Source of the DNA: a virus
Length of the DNA stretch: 64,000 bases
Virus record (IMG/VR): IMGVR_UViG_3300017991_000003
Location: 96,001-160,000 of that record
Direction: 5' to 3' (one strand)
Part shown: positions 28,367 through 37,504 of the stretch, in pieces
Layout of the letters: each line of letters starts with the position of its first letter
Numbering within the stretch: position 1 is the first letter of the stretch
The notes under the pieces: model-generated
What the model saw: the letters and a program-made list of their open reading frames with translations, nothing else
Databases searched by the model: none
What the model was told of the DNA's origin: nothing
Translations under genes and position numbers: made by a program

Positions 28367-30778
28367 ATGCACCGAGCCACACTCATTACCACCGTCCCCA
28401 ACCTCCCCAAGTTCATCCTACGCGGCGTTGTACCACTGCCGCGTGGCTACACATTCGGCGGACCCGGCCAGGACTGCCCTTTTACCATCAAACACCCCCT
28501 GCTGGATGAGAACTGCCCGACGCAGTGGCAACCGGTAAGCTACTACCCGTCGGAGGTGGGACAGGACGCCGAGGTCGCGTCGGCCGAGATTCTTGCCGTG
28601 ATCGACCGCGATGATCTTCCGCCGGGTGTGCGCGCCTTCTTCCAGCTACATGAAGAGGCCAGTGCCTGGTCGTACCCCGAGCCGGCCACCGAGGCGATCC
28701 TGATGACGCAGATGAAGGACGCGGTGCGTCTGCGCGCTACGGATTTCTTCGGCAACGTCTACGAGGCATCCCTGTCTCGCAACATGTTTGCGCAGGTCCC
28801 CGGAGGCCCGAGCGGGCTACCCACCGGTCCGGGAACGATCCTCGACACGCGGACGCATCGCATGGGCTGTGCGATGGGCACGGTGGAGACACACGGGTGG
28901 CTTGACAAGAAGGGCCCGGGTACGGCGGAGGCCCTGCCGTGGTTCTTGGGCTGGCAGGCATTCTTCTCTGTCCGCACCGGCTCGGACGTGGTCGAGCTCG
29001 CGCTCAACGTGCACAACGCCTTCAGCCCTCCCAAGAATCTGTCGGACCCTGCGGGCCATATGTACTTCAAGGAACTCAGCCTGGTGGTGCCCAAGGGCTG
29101 GGCGATCATGTCGGAGTGGCCAGAGCCGTCGATGGGTTCTCCGAAGCCTGATGACAACGACGCCTTCTACGTCATCCCGCTGGTGGCGGCCAATGAGGAC
29201 GGCACGATGCATATGATGGCGCAGCAGGCGGAGCGGGAGTGGCGCCTAGTCCTCTTTGAGGAGGGGAACCAGAGCAACGCACAGGAGGTGCTCAACCAGT
29301 ATGGTTGGGCTGTCCCCGCGCACGACACTGCCGAGGCGGGCCTTGAGAATCCCTGGTGCTGGCAGAACGAGGAGACGGGGAACTACCAAGCACAGCGTTT
29401 CCCGGTCCCGTCCCTGGACCCGCAAGCCTGCCTGGAGCGCACCCTCGTCGAGTACTCGAAGATCCGGGCGGCGTTGGCCTCTCGTACGGCGGTGCAGTAC
29501 CCCGACGCCAAGCCTTATGGTTACTTCCATCCCTACGGCGTGTCCTATGGTGGCATGACTGGGGGCAGCGAGATCTTCCCCTTCGACGGTCTCGTGGAGC
29601 TTACGGCCGGGTCGGTCGAGGGCTTGCTCTACACCCGAGCGCTGCACTTCATGTACAGCTGTCGTCAGCAGGGGATGATCTACAACATCAAGGGCAAGCC
29701 GACCCGCTTCGAGGACTACCTCAAGGATGGGACGTGCGACTGGCACTACCTCAACGCCAAGTGGTATCCCGGCTATGACGGGGACTACGACTTCCTGAAC
29801 GCTGTCTCGACACACCGGCCGGCCATCGAGGCCGCGGGACAGCTCCCGGTCTACGAGCCGCAGGTGACTCGCGAGTATGGCAGCTACTCTTCGTACTATC
29901 AGCCGCAGGACTTCCAGCACTACGTCCGACGCACGCGTAGCTGTCGGACGCTGGCGTGGCTGGACAACGACCCGCTAGCCAAGCGCAAGCTCGAGATGCT
30001 CGCCGAGATCGGGCTGATGTGGTACCACGACATGCCGAGCAACTCGGCGGCCGGCGTCTTCGGCCACCTCTCCACGGAGATCACCGACGGCGGCGACGGC
30101 ATGACCATCCCCGAGGGGCGTGGCGCTGCTTGGGTCATGGACACGGCGGCCGCGGCCTATGCCGTAGGTGAGAAGAGCTGGCGAGACCGCGCTGTCGTCC
30201 GCTCCTGGTTCGAGGCGGTGACCTTCGTACTACGCTCAAGCCTGACCCCGGCCGGCATCTGTCAGGGCTACCGCAAGGGCAAGATGGTCACCATGCACCC
30301 CTTCCTGGGGCAGTACGTCGTCTGCCACCCGTTCGAGCAGGGCCTCCTAGCCCACGGCATGCAGGCCATCCTCAAGTCGGTGTGTGAGGGGCTCGAGGGC
30401 GCCGAAGAAGGACTCTGTCGTGAGTTCCTCCAGATCCAGGCTGATGGGCTGGCCCGCTACATGTGGCGTGACGGTACTGGCGGCGCGTGGACGAAGATGG
30501 CGGTGGGCCCACTCGATGGTGAGCCCTTCGAGTCCATTGACGAGGTCCCCGAGGACGGGTTCTATGGCCCCTACCCCGAGGTCTGGCAGATCGTTCCCGG
30601 CATGGCCTACGCGCTGGCCGATCCCGAGCTCTCCAACGTGACGCGCACCGCACTCATGGCTCGGGTCACGGACTATGCTGGCGGGCACCCGGATCCTGTG
30701 GAGTGGTTCGAAGGGCAAGGCCTGAAGATGATCGAAAACCGGGCGCCGCTGCTTGCATGGCTCCAGTTGAACGACTAG
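28367..30778 (+). CDS. large hypothetical protein (803 aa), W/Y/G-rich; possibly enzymatic or structural
   Basis: ORF track; ATG 28367; followed by hairpin plus T-tract terminator. Confidence 0.65.
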   Translation: MHRATLITTVPNLPKFILRGVVPLPRGYTFGGPGQDCPFTIKHPLLDENCPTQWQPVSYYPSEVGQDAEVASAEILAVIDRDDLPPGVRAFFQLHEEASAWSYPEPATEAILMTQMKDAVRLRATDFFGNVYEASLSRNMFAQVPGGPSGLPTGPGTILDTRTHRMGCAMGTVETHGWLDKKGPGTAEALPWFLGWQAFFSVRTGSDVVELALNVHNAFSPPKNLSDPAGHMYFKELSLVVPKGWAIMSEWPEPSMGSPKPDDNDAFYVIPLVAANEDGTMHMMAQQAEREWRLVLFEEGNQSNAQEVLNQYGWAVPAHDTAEAGLENPWCWQNEETGNYQAQRFPVPSLDPQACLERTLVEYSKIRAALASRTAVQYPDAKPYGYFHPYGVSYGGMTGGSEIFPFDGLVELTAGSVEGLLYTRALHFMYSCRQQGMIYNIKGKPTRFEDYLKDGTCDWHYLNAKWYPGYDGDYDFLNAVSTHRPAIEAAGQLPVYEPQVTREYGSYSSYYQPQDFQHYVRRTRSCRTLAWLDNDPLAKRKLEMLAEIGLMWYHDMPSNSAAGVFGHLSTEITDGGDGMTIPEGRGAAWVMDTAAAAYAVGEKSWRDRAVVRSWFEAVTFVLRSSLTPAGICQGYRKGKMVTMHPFLGQYVVCHPFEQGLLAHGMQAILKSVCEGLEGAEEGLCREFLQIQADGLARYMWRDGTGGAWTKMAVGPLDGEPFESIDEVPEDGFYGPYPEVWQIVPGMAYALADPELSNVTRTALMARVTDYAGGHPDPVEWFEGQGLKMIENRAPLLAWLQLND

Positions 30779-30824
30779 ATTGAGGGTCGATCGCAGGTAG
30801 GCATCTGTGGTCGGTGTAGAGGTA

Positions 30825-30863
30825 GGCCCGGTACCGCACGCAGCGGCGCCGGGCCTTCTTTTT
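30825..30863 (+). terminator. rho-independent terminator-like hairpin plus T-tract
   Basis: GGCCCGG...CCGGGCC followed by TTCTTTTT after stop of 28367-30778. Confidence 0.55.
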
Positions 30864-30865
30864 AG

Positions 30866-30888
30866 CTGGCACTGGCTAGGAGTGTCAG
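30866..30888. repeat. palindromic element copy 3 (CTGGCACT-GGCTAGG-AGTGTCAG)
   Basis: sits between a plus-strand and a minus-strand hairpin terminator at a convergent junction. Confidence 0.8.
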
Positions 30889-30912
30889 TAAAAAGAGAGC
30901 CCCGAAGGGCTC
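30889..30912 (-). terminator. rho-independent terminator (minus strand)
   Basis: GAGCCC-CGAA-GGGCTC hairpin followed on minus strand by TCTTTTT. Confidence 0.6.
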
Positions 30913-30944
30913 CGGCCCCTGAGGGCTCCGGCCCCGCAGGGGGC

Positions 30945-31286
30945 CTACTGGTCTCGGCGCTTCTTGAGATCCTCGATCCAGCGGGAGACCGCTTCGATCA
31001 TCTCGTACGGCACGCCCTCGTGCCGAAGGATCGCCTCGGCATCGGCGATCTGCTGGTTGAGCTCCGGGCGGGCCAGCTCCGGTTCGGGCTCCGGCTCCGC
31101 CGTCTTCGCGGTGCTGGCGCCGCAGGCCGCGAGACCCATGACGGCCTCGCCGACCTTGGCGATCTCGCCCGCGAGCTCGACGACGTTCCCCTCGAGCTCC
31201 CAGCTCGAGGCGCTTTTGAGGACCTCGCGACCGTCATCGGTCAGGACGGTGAGGGTGTAGGCGGGGATGTTGATCGAGATTTTCAT
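30945..31286 (-). CDS. hypothetical protein (113 aa)
   Basis: internal ATG 31286 (MKISIN); own promoter-like motif, conserved leader hairpin and terminator. Confidence 0.5.
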   Translation of the reverse strand: MKISINIPAYTLTVLTDDGREVLKSASSWELEGNVVELAGEIAKVGEAVMGLAACGASTAKTAEPEPEPELARPELNQQIADAEAILRHEGVPYEMIEAVSRWIEDLKKRRDQ

Positions 31287-31305
31287 CTGGGTGGGTGGTG
31301 GTGAT

Positions 31306-31335
31306 GGTGTCTCCGGAGTAGACATCTCCGGATCA
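31306..31335 (-). promoter_or_regulatory. conserved 5' leader element with hairpin (stem TCCGGA/TCCGGA, loop GTAGACATC)
   Basis: aligns with the 46202 and 47869 copies; stem differs by a compensatory pair of substitutions. Confidence 0.55.
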
Positions 31336-31337
31336 CT

Positions 31338-31348
31338 AAACACATGCC
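31338..31348 (-). promoter_or_regulatory. promoter-like motif copy, variant (AAACACATGCC)
   Basis: 52 bp upstream of ATG 31286. Confidence 0.4.
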
Positions 31349-31385
31349 CCACAACCCCCTCTTAGTTGCTGTTTCAGGTACCAGC

Positions 31386-31407
31386 TAAAAGAGGGGCCGA
31401 AGCCCCT
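31386..31407 (-). terminator. rho-independent terminator (minus strand)
   Basis: AGGGGC-CGAA-GCCCCT hairpin with TCTTTTAG on minus strand. Confidence 0.5.
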
Positions 31408-31429
31408 AGCCGGCTTACGGGCCGGCGAC

Positions 31430-31627
31430 CTAGCTCACGATAGCGGCATAGAGTGCACCTGATCCCAGGGCCATCCACAGGATGACACCCACGATCATGG
31501 CTCCGATGAAGAGCCAACTCACAGTCGCCTCATACCAGTCGGCGTCCGCGCCGGGTCTGAGATCCTCTCTGCCGCGGATCAGCCACGGGATGAACTTGAA
31601 GGCCATGACGAGGGCGAAGGCCAGCAT
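31430..31627 (-). CDS. small membrane protein (65 aa)
   Basis: ORF track; two hydrophobic segments; hairpin terminator downstream. Confidence 0.4.
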   Translation of the reverse strand: MLAFALVMAFKFIPWLIRGREDLRPGADADWYEATVSWLFIGAMIVGVILWMALGSGALYAAIVS

Positions 31628-31662
31628 AGGAGCCCAACTACCCAGCAGAACAATACCATGGT

Positions 31663-32067
31663 CTATACCTCCTCCTCGAAGAGCTTCCAGACCTCGAAGT
31701 CGCTGAGCCGGCGCCTCGAGCCGTCCTGCATGACCCAGCAGGGATCACCCATCACATCGAACTGGGCCAGCGTTACGCGGTCGTTCACGTCATGCCACGT
31801 CTGGGCTACATGCACCGGGTGAGACCGGAGCGTCGTCGGCACGACCCGGGGCAGGACCTGGTCCGTGCGGCTCCACAGCTTGGTGGATGGCGTGCGGCTG
31901 AAGGTCAGCTGACCGTCCAGCAGGATCTTCTCGAGTCGACGAACGTCCTCAGCCATTCGGTCCTCACCAGCGGCCTCAAGGCTTTCTCGATCGGCAGCCA
32001 GCATCTTGTAGAGCAGGGTGACAAGCTCGAGTTCCATCTCGAAGGCGAAGATCGCTGTGTTACTCAT
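31663..32067 (-). CDS. hypothetical protein (134 aa)
   Basis: ORF track; ATG 32067. Confidence 0.45.
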   Translation of the reverse strand: MSNTAIFAFEMELELVTLLYKMLAADRESLEAAGEDRMAEDVRRLEKILLDGQLTFSRTPSTKLWSRTDQVLPRVVPTTLRSHPVHVAQTWHDVNDRVTLAQFDVMGDPCWVMQDGSRRRLSDFEVWKLFEEEV

Positions 32068-32118
32068 CGGGCATCTCCAGGCTCTGGAAGCAGTCTTCGG
32101 TGCGTTTTCGGATAGTCA

Positions 32119-32355
32119 TCAGGAGTCCTCGTCAAGCGGCCCAAGACCGAAGAAGTCGGGATCACAGGCGAGGGCTTCACAGGCCTCGTGTGCCGCTGCT
32201 TCGGTCAGGATGCGGTGTTCCAGGACTTCCCAGGACAAGGCCCAGTCGCCCTGTTCGCTTTCGCGAACCATGTGCTCCAGGCTCGTGGCCTCCCACCTCA
32301 TATCCCCTTCGGGAACGAGGAGGGTGACCGCGATCTGGATCTTCTGAAGGCCCAT
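32119..32355 (-). CDS. hypothetical acidic protein (78 aa)
   Basis: ORF track; start overlaps upstream stop. Confidence 0.4.
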   Translation of the reverse strand: MGLQKIQIAVTLLVPEGDMRWEATSLEHMVRESEQGDWALSWEVLEHRILTEAAAHEACEALACDPDFFGLGPLDEDS

Positions 32356-33530
32356 TAGAAGGCGATCTTCTTGAGGACCTTGCCGCCGGCCGTCTCGAGG
32401 GTGACCTTCTTGTCGCCGTGCGGGATGTCCCGCGCCAGCTCCGTCAGACCACCGACGAACGCCCAGGCCGTGAGGGGATCGCCGTAGCGGTCCTCACGCT
32501 CAGCAGCACGATCGAGCCCGTCTCGGATCAGGCCGAGCGGGAGCCCGAGCTTCTTGTCCGAGAACAGGAAGTCCTCGGCCTCGTCACGATCGTCGCCCAG
32601 CCTGAACCGGCGAGCCGCCTCGATGGCGTTCTCCTCCGTATCCGTTCGGCTGTTCATGTAGTTCGTGACCTTGCCGCGGGCCTCACCCCAGCGCGCTTTG
32701 ACGCTGCCGACGTGACGCAGGCGGAACTCGAGGCTCTGCTGCACACCCCAGATGATGTGGTTGCCGCAGACGCCATCGAAGATGAACGCGAGGCCCACGA
32801 GGGCACCGTCGCCCACCTCGGAGTTACGCCAGATCATGCCGCGCATGAACCTGTCCTCCTCCCCGAACGAGCGCTCGGGGTGGACCATCAGGAAGAAGCA
32901 GTCGTGGTCCGACACGTAGACACCGGCGGGGGCGATCATGTCCCCCTCCTTCACCTGGATACCGCCCTTGTTGCCCTCGATCAGATCGTCGGCCGTAGCC
33001 GGGCGGGCACGCGGGTCGTCGGGGTTGGCCGGCCGTGCCGGCGGGACCTTCCAGCCCAAGTTGGTGAAGGGTAGCAGCCTGTCGGCCACCTCCCAGTTCC
33101 AGATGCGGGCGTACCGGTCAGACGTCCACGAACGCAGCGTCAGGACGTCCTCCCCGTCCTGGTGGAAGAGGAGCTGCTTGACGGGTTCGTCGTCGACGTC
33201 CTGGGCTTGGAGGTTGTAGTTGAGGTTCTGCGCGGCCATGGAAGTCGGCAGCCGGCGCATGTAGTCGGCAGGAACCCGCATGGATCGGCACAACTGCCCA
33301 AAGGCGTAGTGCGTCATCATCGCGGGCTGCCCGTTGGCGCCGACTAGGCGTAGGTCACGCTGGCCTTCGTCGCCCACCTCCCGCACACGCAGGACGCTGG
33401 GACGAGCAGCTGATTCGATAGCACGCTCGGCGTGCTCGTAGGCGGCGACGCGCGCTTCTTGAATGGTCCAGAAGCGCTCATCGTCAGGGCGGGTGAGCCA
33501 TTGGCTCGCCGCGGTCATGATCTCGGTCAT
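32355..33530 (-). CDS. hypothetical protein (391 aa); weak resemblance to DUF932 phage/plasmid family
   Basis: ORF track; ATG 33530; motifs VSDHD and VCGNH recalled as DUF932-like, not verified. Confidence 0.55.
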   Translation of the reverse strand: MTEIMTAASQWLTRPDDERFWTIQEARVAAYEHAERAIESAARPSVLRVREVGDEGQRDLRLVGANGQPAMMTHYAFGQLCRSMRVPADYMRRLPTSMAAQNLNYNLQAQDVDDEPVKQLLFHQDGEDVLTLRSWTSDRYARIWNWEVADRLLPFTNLGWKVPPARPANPDDPRARPATADDLIEGNKGGIQVKEGDMIAPAGVYVSDHDCFFLMVHPERSFGEEDRFMRGMIWRNSEVGDGALVGLAFIFDGVCGNHIIWGVQQSLEFRLRHVGSVKARWGEARGKVTNYMNSRTDTEENAIEAARRFRLGDDRDEAEDFLFSDKKLGLPLGLIRDGLDRAAEREDRYGDPLTAWAFVGGLTELARDIPHGDKKVTLETAGGKVLKKIAF

Positions 33531-33542
33531 ATTGTCCGTGGG

Positions 33543-33896
33543 TTAGATATCACAAGGACCCCAGTACAGCCGCTTGCGACGACGTGTTGAGAGGCCTGGG
33601 GGCGGTCGCAGTGTGGGGTCTTGCTGTAGCGCGTCGTACATTAGGTCTTGTACCTGCTCGCCTAGCTTGATTTCTGTGACCCCGTTCCTGGAGCAGAAGA
33701 AACCAGAAGCGCCCTGCTCGTAGGTTTTCAGGACTGCGGTGTAGCGCACCGCGATGAAGGTCACGACATCCGGAAGATCAAAAGTCTTCAGGAAGTCGTG
33801 GATGAGTTGAGCGGCAAACTGAGCTACGCCGTGTTGATCACCGTCGATACGTAGCCAGACATGTTGTGGGAGTGGCCTCTTGTCTTGATCGAGCAT
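33543..33896 (-). CDS. hypothetical protein (start ambiguous)
   Basis: ATG 33896 chosen; ORF-track start 34073 would give an 8-nt overlap with the upstream gene and is equally possible. Confidence 0.4.
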   Translation of the reverse strand: MLDQDKRPLPQHVWLRIDGDQHGVAQFAAQLIHDFLKTFDLPDVVTFIAVRYTAVLKTYEQGASGFFCSRNGVTEIKLGEQVQDLMYDALQQDPTLRPPPGLSTRRRKRLYWGPCDI

Positions 33897-34065
33897 GGTA
33901 GGCTCAATAGTGATGATCAGGTCTTGCTGCGGCGTGCCCGCTCTTGGAGTCGCGCTGACGGAGTGCCTTTGATCTGTGCCGGGCCGCCATTGAGCGATCT
34001 GTTGCTGCCACCACTGAACGTGCGCTGGCGCTGGGGCGGGTACGGAGGTGCAGAGCTGTGTGTAC

Positions 34066-34518
34066 CTATTCATTGACCTGCTGCTGCTGTTGCCGGGCCT
34101 GCTCGCGTTGATTCAGGATGTACCGAACCCCGGCATCGCCTAGCTCGTGGATGCTCTTGAACTCGACCCCTTCTCTGCTGATGAGGGCGACGGACGCTAC
34201 CTGCTCATTGAGTGCCGGCTTAGAGCACCATCCCACGACGATCACGTACCTGACGTCGTTGCGGTTGAAGTACTCTAGAAACTCGCTGACCTTGTTGGCG
34301 GCGGGCTCTAGCTCCGAGCCCTGGTCGTCACAGTAGAACCACACCTGTTGCGTCTCGATCTCGAAGTCGAACCGCCACTCGTCATCGATGTCGTAGTCCA
34401 CCGCGTCGGCGTGCTCGGCGTGCTCAGCCTGCTGTGCCTTTACGTCGTACCACCAGTCGAGCTCCTCTTGATCGGTTACGGGGATCTCGAAGGAGAACTG
34501 GGAATAGTACTCAGCCAT
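34066..34518 (-). CDS. hypothetical strongly acidic protein (150 aa)
   Basis: ORF track; every codon checked against the sequence; D/E-rich, W-rich. Confidence 0.5.
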   Translation of the reverse strand: MAEYYSQFSFEIPVTDQEELDWWYDVKAQQAEHAEHADAVDYDIDDEWRFDFEIETQQVWFYCDDQGSELEPAANKVSEFLEYFNRNDVRYVIVVGWCSKPALNEQVASVALISREGVEFKSIHELGDAGVRYILNQREQARQQQQQVNE

Positions 34519-34795
34519 CAGCCGGCGCCTCCTCGGGCTTGTTCTTCTCGAGGAAGTCCTCGACGTACTCGTTGATGATGGTCATGGCCGACGCGGTGTC
34601 ACCGGTGTCCTTGATGAGATCGCTTGCCTTGAAGAGCACGTTGATCGGGCCCATGGCGTCGATCTTGTCGCGCGCCTCCATGAGCTCGCAGATCCAATCC
34701 ACGATCTGGTCGTGGCGTTGGCGGACGATGGTGGTGCACCCGAGGATCTCGGAGAGGCGCTTCTCGACTTCGGCTTTGTGCTTGCTGTTGGTCAT
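34511..34795 (-). CDS. hypothetical protein (94 aa)
   Basis: ORF track. Confidence 0.45.
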   Translation of the reverse strand: MTNSKHKAEVEKRLSEILGCTTIVRQRHDQIVDWICELMEARDKIDAMGPINVLFKASDLIKDTGDTASAMTIINEYVEDFLEKNKPEEAPADG

Positions 34796-34797
34796 GA

Positions 34798-34959
34798 CTA
34801 ATCGGCCTCGGTGACGTCGACGGCCATGTGTACGGTGAGGGTGGAGGGGTCGTCTCCGCCGAGAATCTCTCGGATGGCCGCTTGCTGGTTCTCGGTCGGG
34901 ACGAGCGTGACAGCGTCGTCGGTGTTGTTGAGGATGACGATGGAGTAGATGATTTCCAT
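34798..34959 (-). CDS. small hypothetical protein (53 aa)
   Basis: C-terminal part of a longer R/P-rich ORF; start re-set to internal ATG 34959. Confidence 0.3.
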   Translation of the reverse strand: MEIIYSIVILNNTDDAVTLVPTENQQAAIREILGGDDPSTLTVHMAVDVTEAD

Positions 34960-34961
34960 GA

Positions 34962-35492
34962 CTACATCTGGATCTTGACGGCGGCGATGAGCCCGGTGAG
35001 GACCGGGTCGCCCAGCTGGGCGGCGTACGTCTCGAGAGCCTCGAGGAGGGACGGCAGCGCGTCCGCGCTCTGGCCGTTGGTAGCGGGAGCGGCCTTGGCC
35101 GGCTTGTCGAAGTCGAGCTGCCCCTGCTTGGCGCCGGCGTAGCGCAGCGGGTCCGCGATGCGGCCGGCGTCCTCGGGCGAGTTGCCCTCGGCCAGGGCCC
35201 GCAAGTACGGCCACGCGAGCCTGTTGCGGTTGCGGTTGCGGTCGATCAGCGTCTGGCCAAGCTCGGTCAGCTTGACGTTGTGGAAGCGCGAGTACTCGAT
35301 TGCCCCCGTCTTGCGGATCTGATCCCGACGCGAGCCGGCGCTGCTCAGTCGGCGGAGCGGGTCGTCGGGGATGGAGAACTGCATGGCGTGGTTGTCCGGC
35401 CAGCTTCCGGTCATCTCCTTGTGGTGCCACATGAAGAGCAGGGCGGTCAGCAGGTTCTGGGTCACGGGCTTGGGCTTGTCTTGAGTGGTCAT
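34962..35492 (-). CDS. hypothetical protein (176 aa)
   Basis: ORF track; ATG 35492. Confidence 0.5.
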   Translation of the reverse strand: MTTQDKPKPVTQNLLTALLFMWHHKEMTGSWPDNHAMQFSIPDDPLRRLSSAGSRRDQIRKTGAIEYSRFHNVKLTELGQTLIDRNRNRNRLAWPYLRALAEGNSPEDAGRIADPLRYAGAKQGQLDFDKPAKAAPATNGQSADALPSLLEALETYAAQLGDPVLTGLIAAVKIQM

Positions 35493-35821
35493 AGGTGGTC
35501 GGGGTTCGGGACGGTGTTGGTGAGGAGGATGTGCATCCAGGTACGTAGGGACTGCCAGCAGGGGTCGATGTGCTTCCCTTGCTGTCTATCCCACGTCGCC
35601 AGGGCGTGGAGCGTGTTCATCAGATTCATGGGAGGGCCCGGCAGGTACTCATCATCTTCGAGATGCTTGGGGCGCGCCCCCTCGACTAGGGCGTCGTAGC
35701 CCTTCTCGGTCACGAAGGTGATTTCTTGGAGGGCTACTCCCTCCCAGGTCTCGCCTCCGAAGTCGACCTGGACCGGGATGATCGGCGTACCCGGCTCGAG
35801 GTTTTGAAAGGTGAGGCTCAT
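35489..35821 (-). CDS. hypothetical protein (about 110 aa)
   Basis: ATG 35821 in ATGA overlap (ORF-track start 35827). Confidence 0.45.
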   Translation of the reverse strand: MSLTFQNLEPGTPIIPVQVDFGGETWEGVALQEITFVTEKGYDALVEGARPKHLEDDEYLPGPPMNLMNTLHALATWDRQQGKHIDPCWQSLRTWMHILLTNTVPNPDHL

Positions 35822-36357
35822 ACCCACTTCTCCTCGATGAGCTTACGGAGGGCCTTCAGGCACATCCGCTGCCGACCGGCGGTCATACGCATCTTCGTGA
35901 ATCGGTGACTATCGATCAACCGATCAACAAGGATCAGGGCGAGGCCCTTGTTCTCGTCGCCCGCTTGAACAGGGATCGACATCTTCTTGGGCTTCTGCGC
36001 CTTCTTACGCCCTTTCTTGAGGGCCTTCACCGCAGCGGGCTCCGAGGCGTAGCGCATGGCGTGCTTGATGACCGGCCACTCGTCCGGGTGAGCTCCGACT
36101 TGCTGAGCCAGGCGTTTACCAAGCTCGGTCAGCTCGCCACGGTCCCGGCCCACCGTACGCATCAGGCCCATGTTCTTGAGCTCGGCCTTGTAGGTTCCGA
36201 CGGTCGACGCCTTGAGCAGCGTCTTACCAGTCCCGCGTGGGAACCGGCGTGTGATCTGAACGCAAGGCCATCGCTTGACCTGCTGCTGGTAGTGGTAGTA
36301 GAAGGCTAGCAGGTCCTGCTGCCGCTTGCTCAGCTCTCGGATTGTTTCGACAAGCAT
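35818..36357 (-). CDS. hypothetical basic protein, possibly DNA-binding (179 aa)
   Basis: ORF track; K/R-rich; promoter-like motif 33 bp upstream. Confidence 0.5.
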   Translation of the reverse strand: MLVETIRELSKRQQDLLAFYYHYQQQVKRWPCVQITRRFPRGTGKTLLKASTVGTYKAELKNMGLMRTVGRDRGELTELGKRLAQQVGAHPDEWPVIKHAMRYASEPAAVKALKKGRKKAQKPKKMSIPVQAGDENKGLALILVDRLIDSHRFTKMRMTAGRQRMCLKALRKLIEEKWV

Positions 36358-36389
36358 GGGTAGGTGGTGGGGTAGAGGTGATCGACATG

Positions 36390-36400
36390 AGACTTATGCC
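36390..36400 (-). promoter_or_regulatory. promoter-like motif copy (AGACTTATGCC)
   Basis: 33 bp upstream of ATG 36357; terminator of the tRNA unit lies just beyond. Confidence 0.5.
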
Positions 36401-36411
36401 ACAGTCCCTGG

Positions 36412-36450
36412 TCTAAAAAGAGAGCCCAACCCGAGGGGGTTGAGCTCTCT
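36412..36450 (-). terminator. strong hairpin plus T-tract terminator ending the tRNA transcription unit
   Basis: 13-bp stem with one mismatch (GAGAGCCCAACCC / GGGTTGAGCTCTC), followed on minus strand by TTTTTAGAC. Confidence 0.6.
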
Positions 36451-37003
36451 GGAAGTGCCCGGGCCCGCCCCTTTCATCGCAGTCCAACGAGTGGGACAAG
36501 GGGGATGCCGTAAGGGCCCGGGCTTGTAGGTGCGGAGCCGTGCCAGGATCACGGCCCCGCGGTGCTGTGGAAGTAGCTTGGCCCCCCAAGGAGGTGGGAT
36601 GAGCCGCCGTAGCTACGATGAGGCTCGCAGTCGGGCATGGTGCTACCCGGCCAACAGCGTGGCGATACGCCGAGACCCGGATCGCCGCCGGATAAGGTGG
36701 CCCCCGTCGTGACGTGCTCAGCTCACGCTCGAGGGGTTGGAAGACCTGCCATCTAGGATCAGTGGGATCCCCATCCCTTTGCACTCCTCGGAGAGTGTGC
36801 CGCTCCTGCGGCTGATGTGATGGCAGGTGGAAGACACCCACAGGTAGCAAGAACCGGCCTGGATGACCTCTTCGTTGCCCTAGGACCGGGGTCAGAGCCT
36901 TCCGGGCGCGCCTGTGGGTGATTGGGAAAGCCGAGCACGTCATCAACGCCGCTTGTGCGTCTGCTTGGTTGGTGGAGACGTGTGACGCTGCTCGGCTTTT
37001 GTA

Positions 37004-37090
37004 TGGTGCAGGAAGGGGGACTCGAACCCCCACGCCCGGGTGGGCACGTGGACCTAAACCACGGGCGTCTACCGATTCCGCCACTCCTGC
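37004..37090 (-). tRNA. tRNA-Leu (anticodon TAG)
   Basis: cloverleaf read by hand on minus strand: acceptor GCAGGAG/CTTCCTGC, anticodon loop TTTAGGT, long variable arm, T-arm GGGGGTTCGAGTCCCCC, encoded CCA. Confidence 0.8.
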
Positions 37091-37164
37091 ATGTAAAGGC
37101 ATCGATGACCCGTGGGAGAGTTTCCCCACTCTGTGTTGAGCCCACAGATCATCGATGTGATTGA

Positions 37165-37250
37165 TGGTGCGGGAGGAGGGACTCGAACCCTCACGCCCGA
37201 AGGCAGTGGATTTTGAATCCACCGTGTCTACCGATTCCAACCACCCCCGC
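37165..37250 (-). tRNA. tRNA-Leu (anticodon CAA)
   Basis: acceptor GCGGGGG/CTCCCGC, anticodon loop TTCAAAA, long variable arm, T-arm GAGGGTTCGAGTCCCTC, encoded CCA. Confidence 0.8.
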
Positions 37251-37504
37251 AGAGGGAGTGCCCCGCCGGCCGGAGCCGACGGGGCGAGTGCCTGTCTTTC
37301 CAGACTGTCCGCCCCGTTCGTATCATGCGCTAGGGGCTCTCGACAGTTCACTACGCCGCCATGCGGACGTCGGTGTTGGCATTTGAAAGCCAGAAGGTAC
37401 AGACGCCACCGGGCAACTATTCTCTGCTCGTAACTATACCCGCGAGCACGTCGGGTTGAAAGGTGGGCTGCCGAGGACGCGCCTCGACAGCCCGTGGGGG
37501 ATCA

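Noticed and set aside
36451-37003. A tmRNA or third tRNA in the tRNA trailer
   Set aside because: No T-loop (GGTTCRANYCC) followed by an acceptor stem and CCA was found by eye on either strand; a non-coding RNA of another type is not excluded.
37004-37250. tRNA genes as a prophage attachment site or phage-host junction
   Set aside because: Both tRNAs are complete, no integrase is nearby, and the phage-specific palindrome and promoter motifs occur on both sides.
36413-37433. Long ORF-track frames across the tRNA region (36413-37351, 36759-37145, 36922-37164, 37161-37433)
   Set aside because: They overlap two well-formed tRNA genes and are R/P/G-rich, typical of spurious frames in GC-rich DNA.
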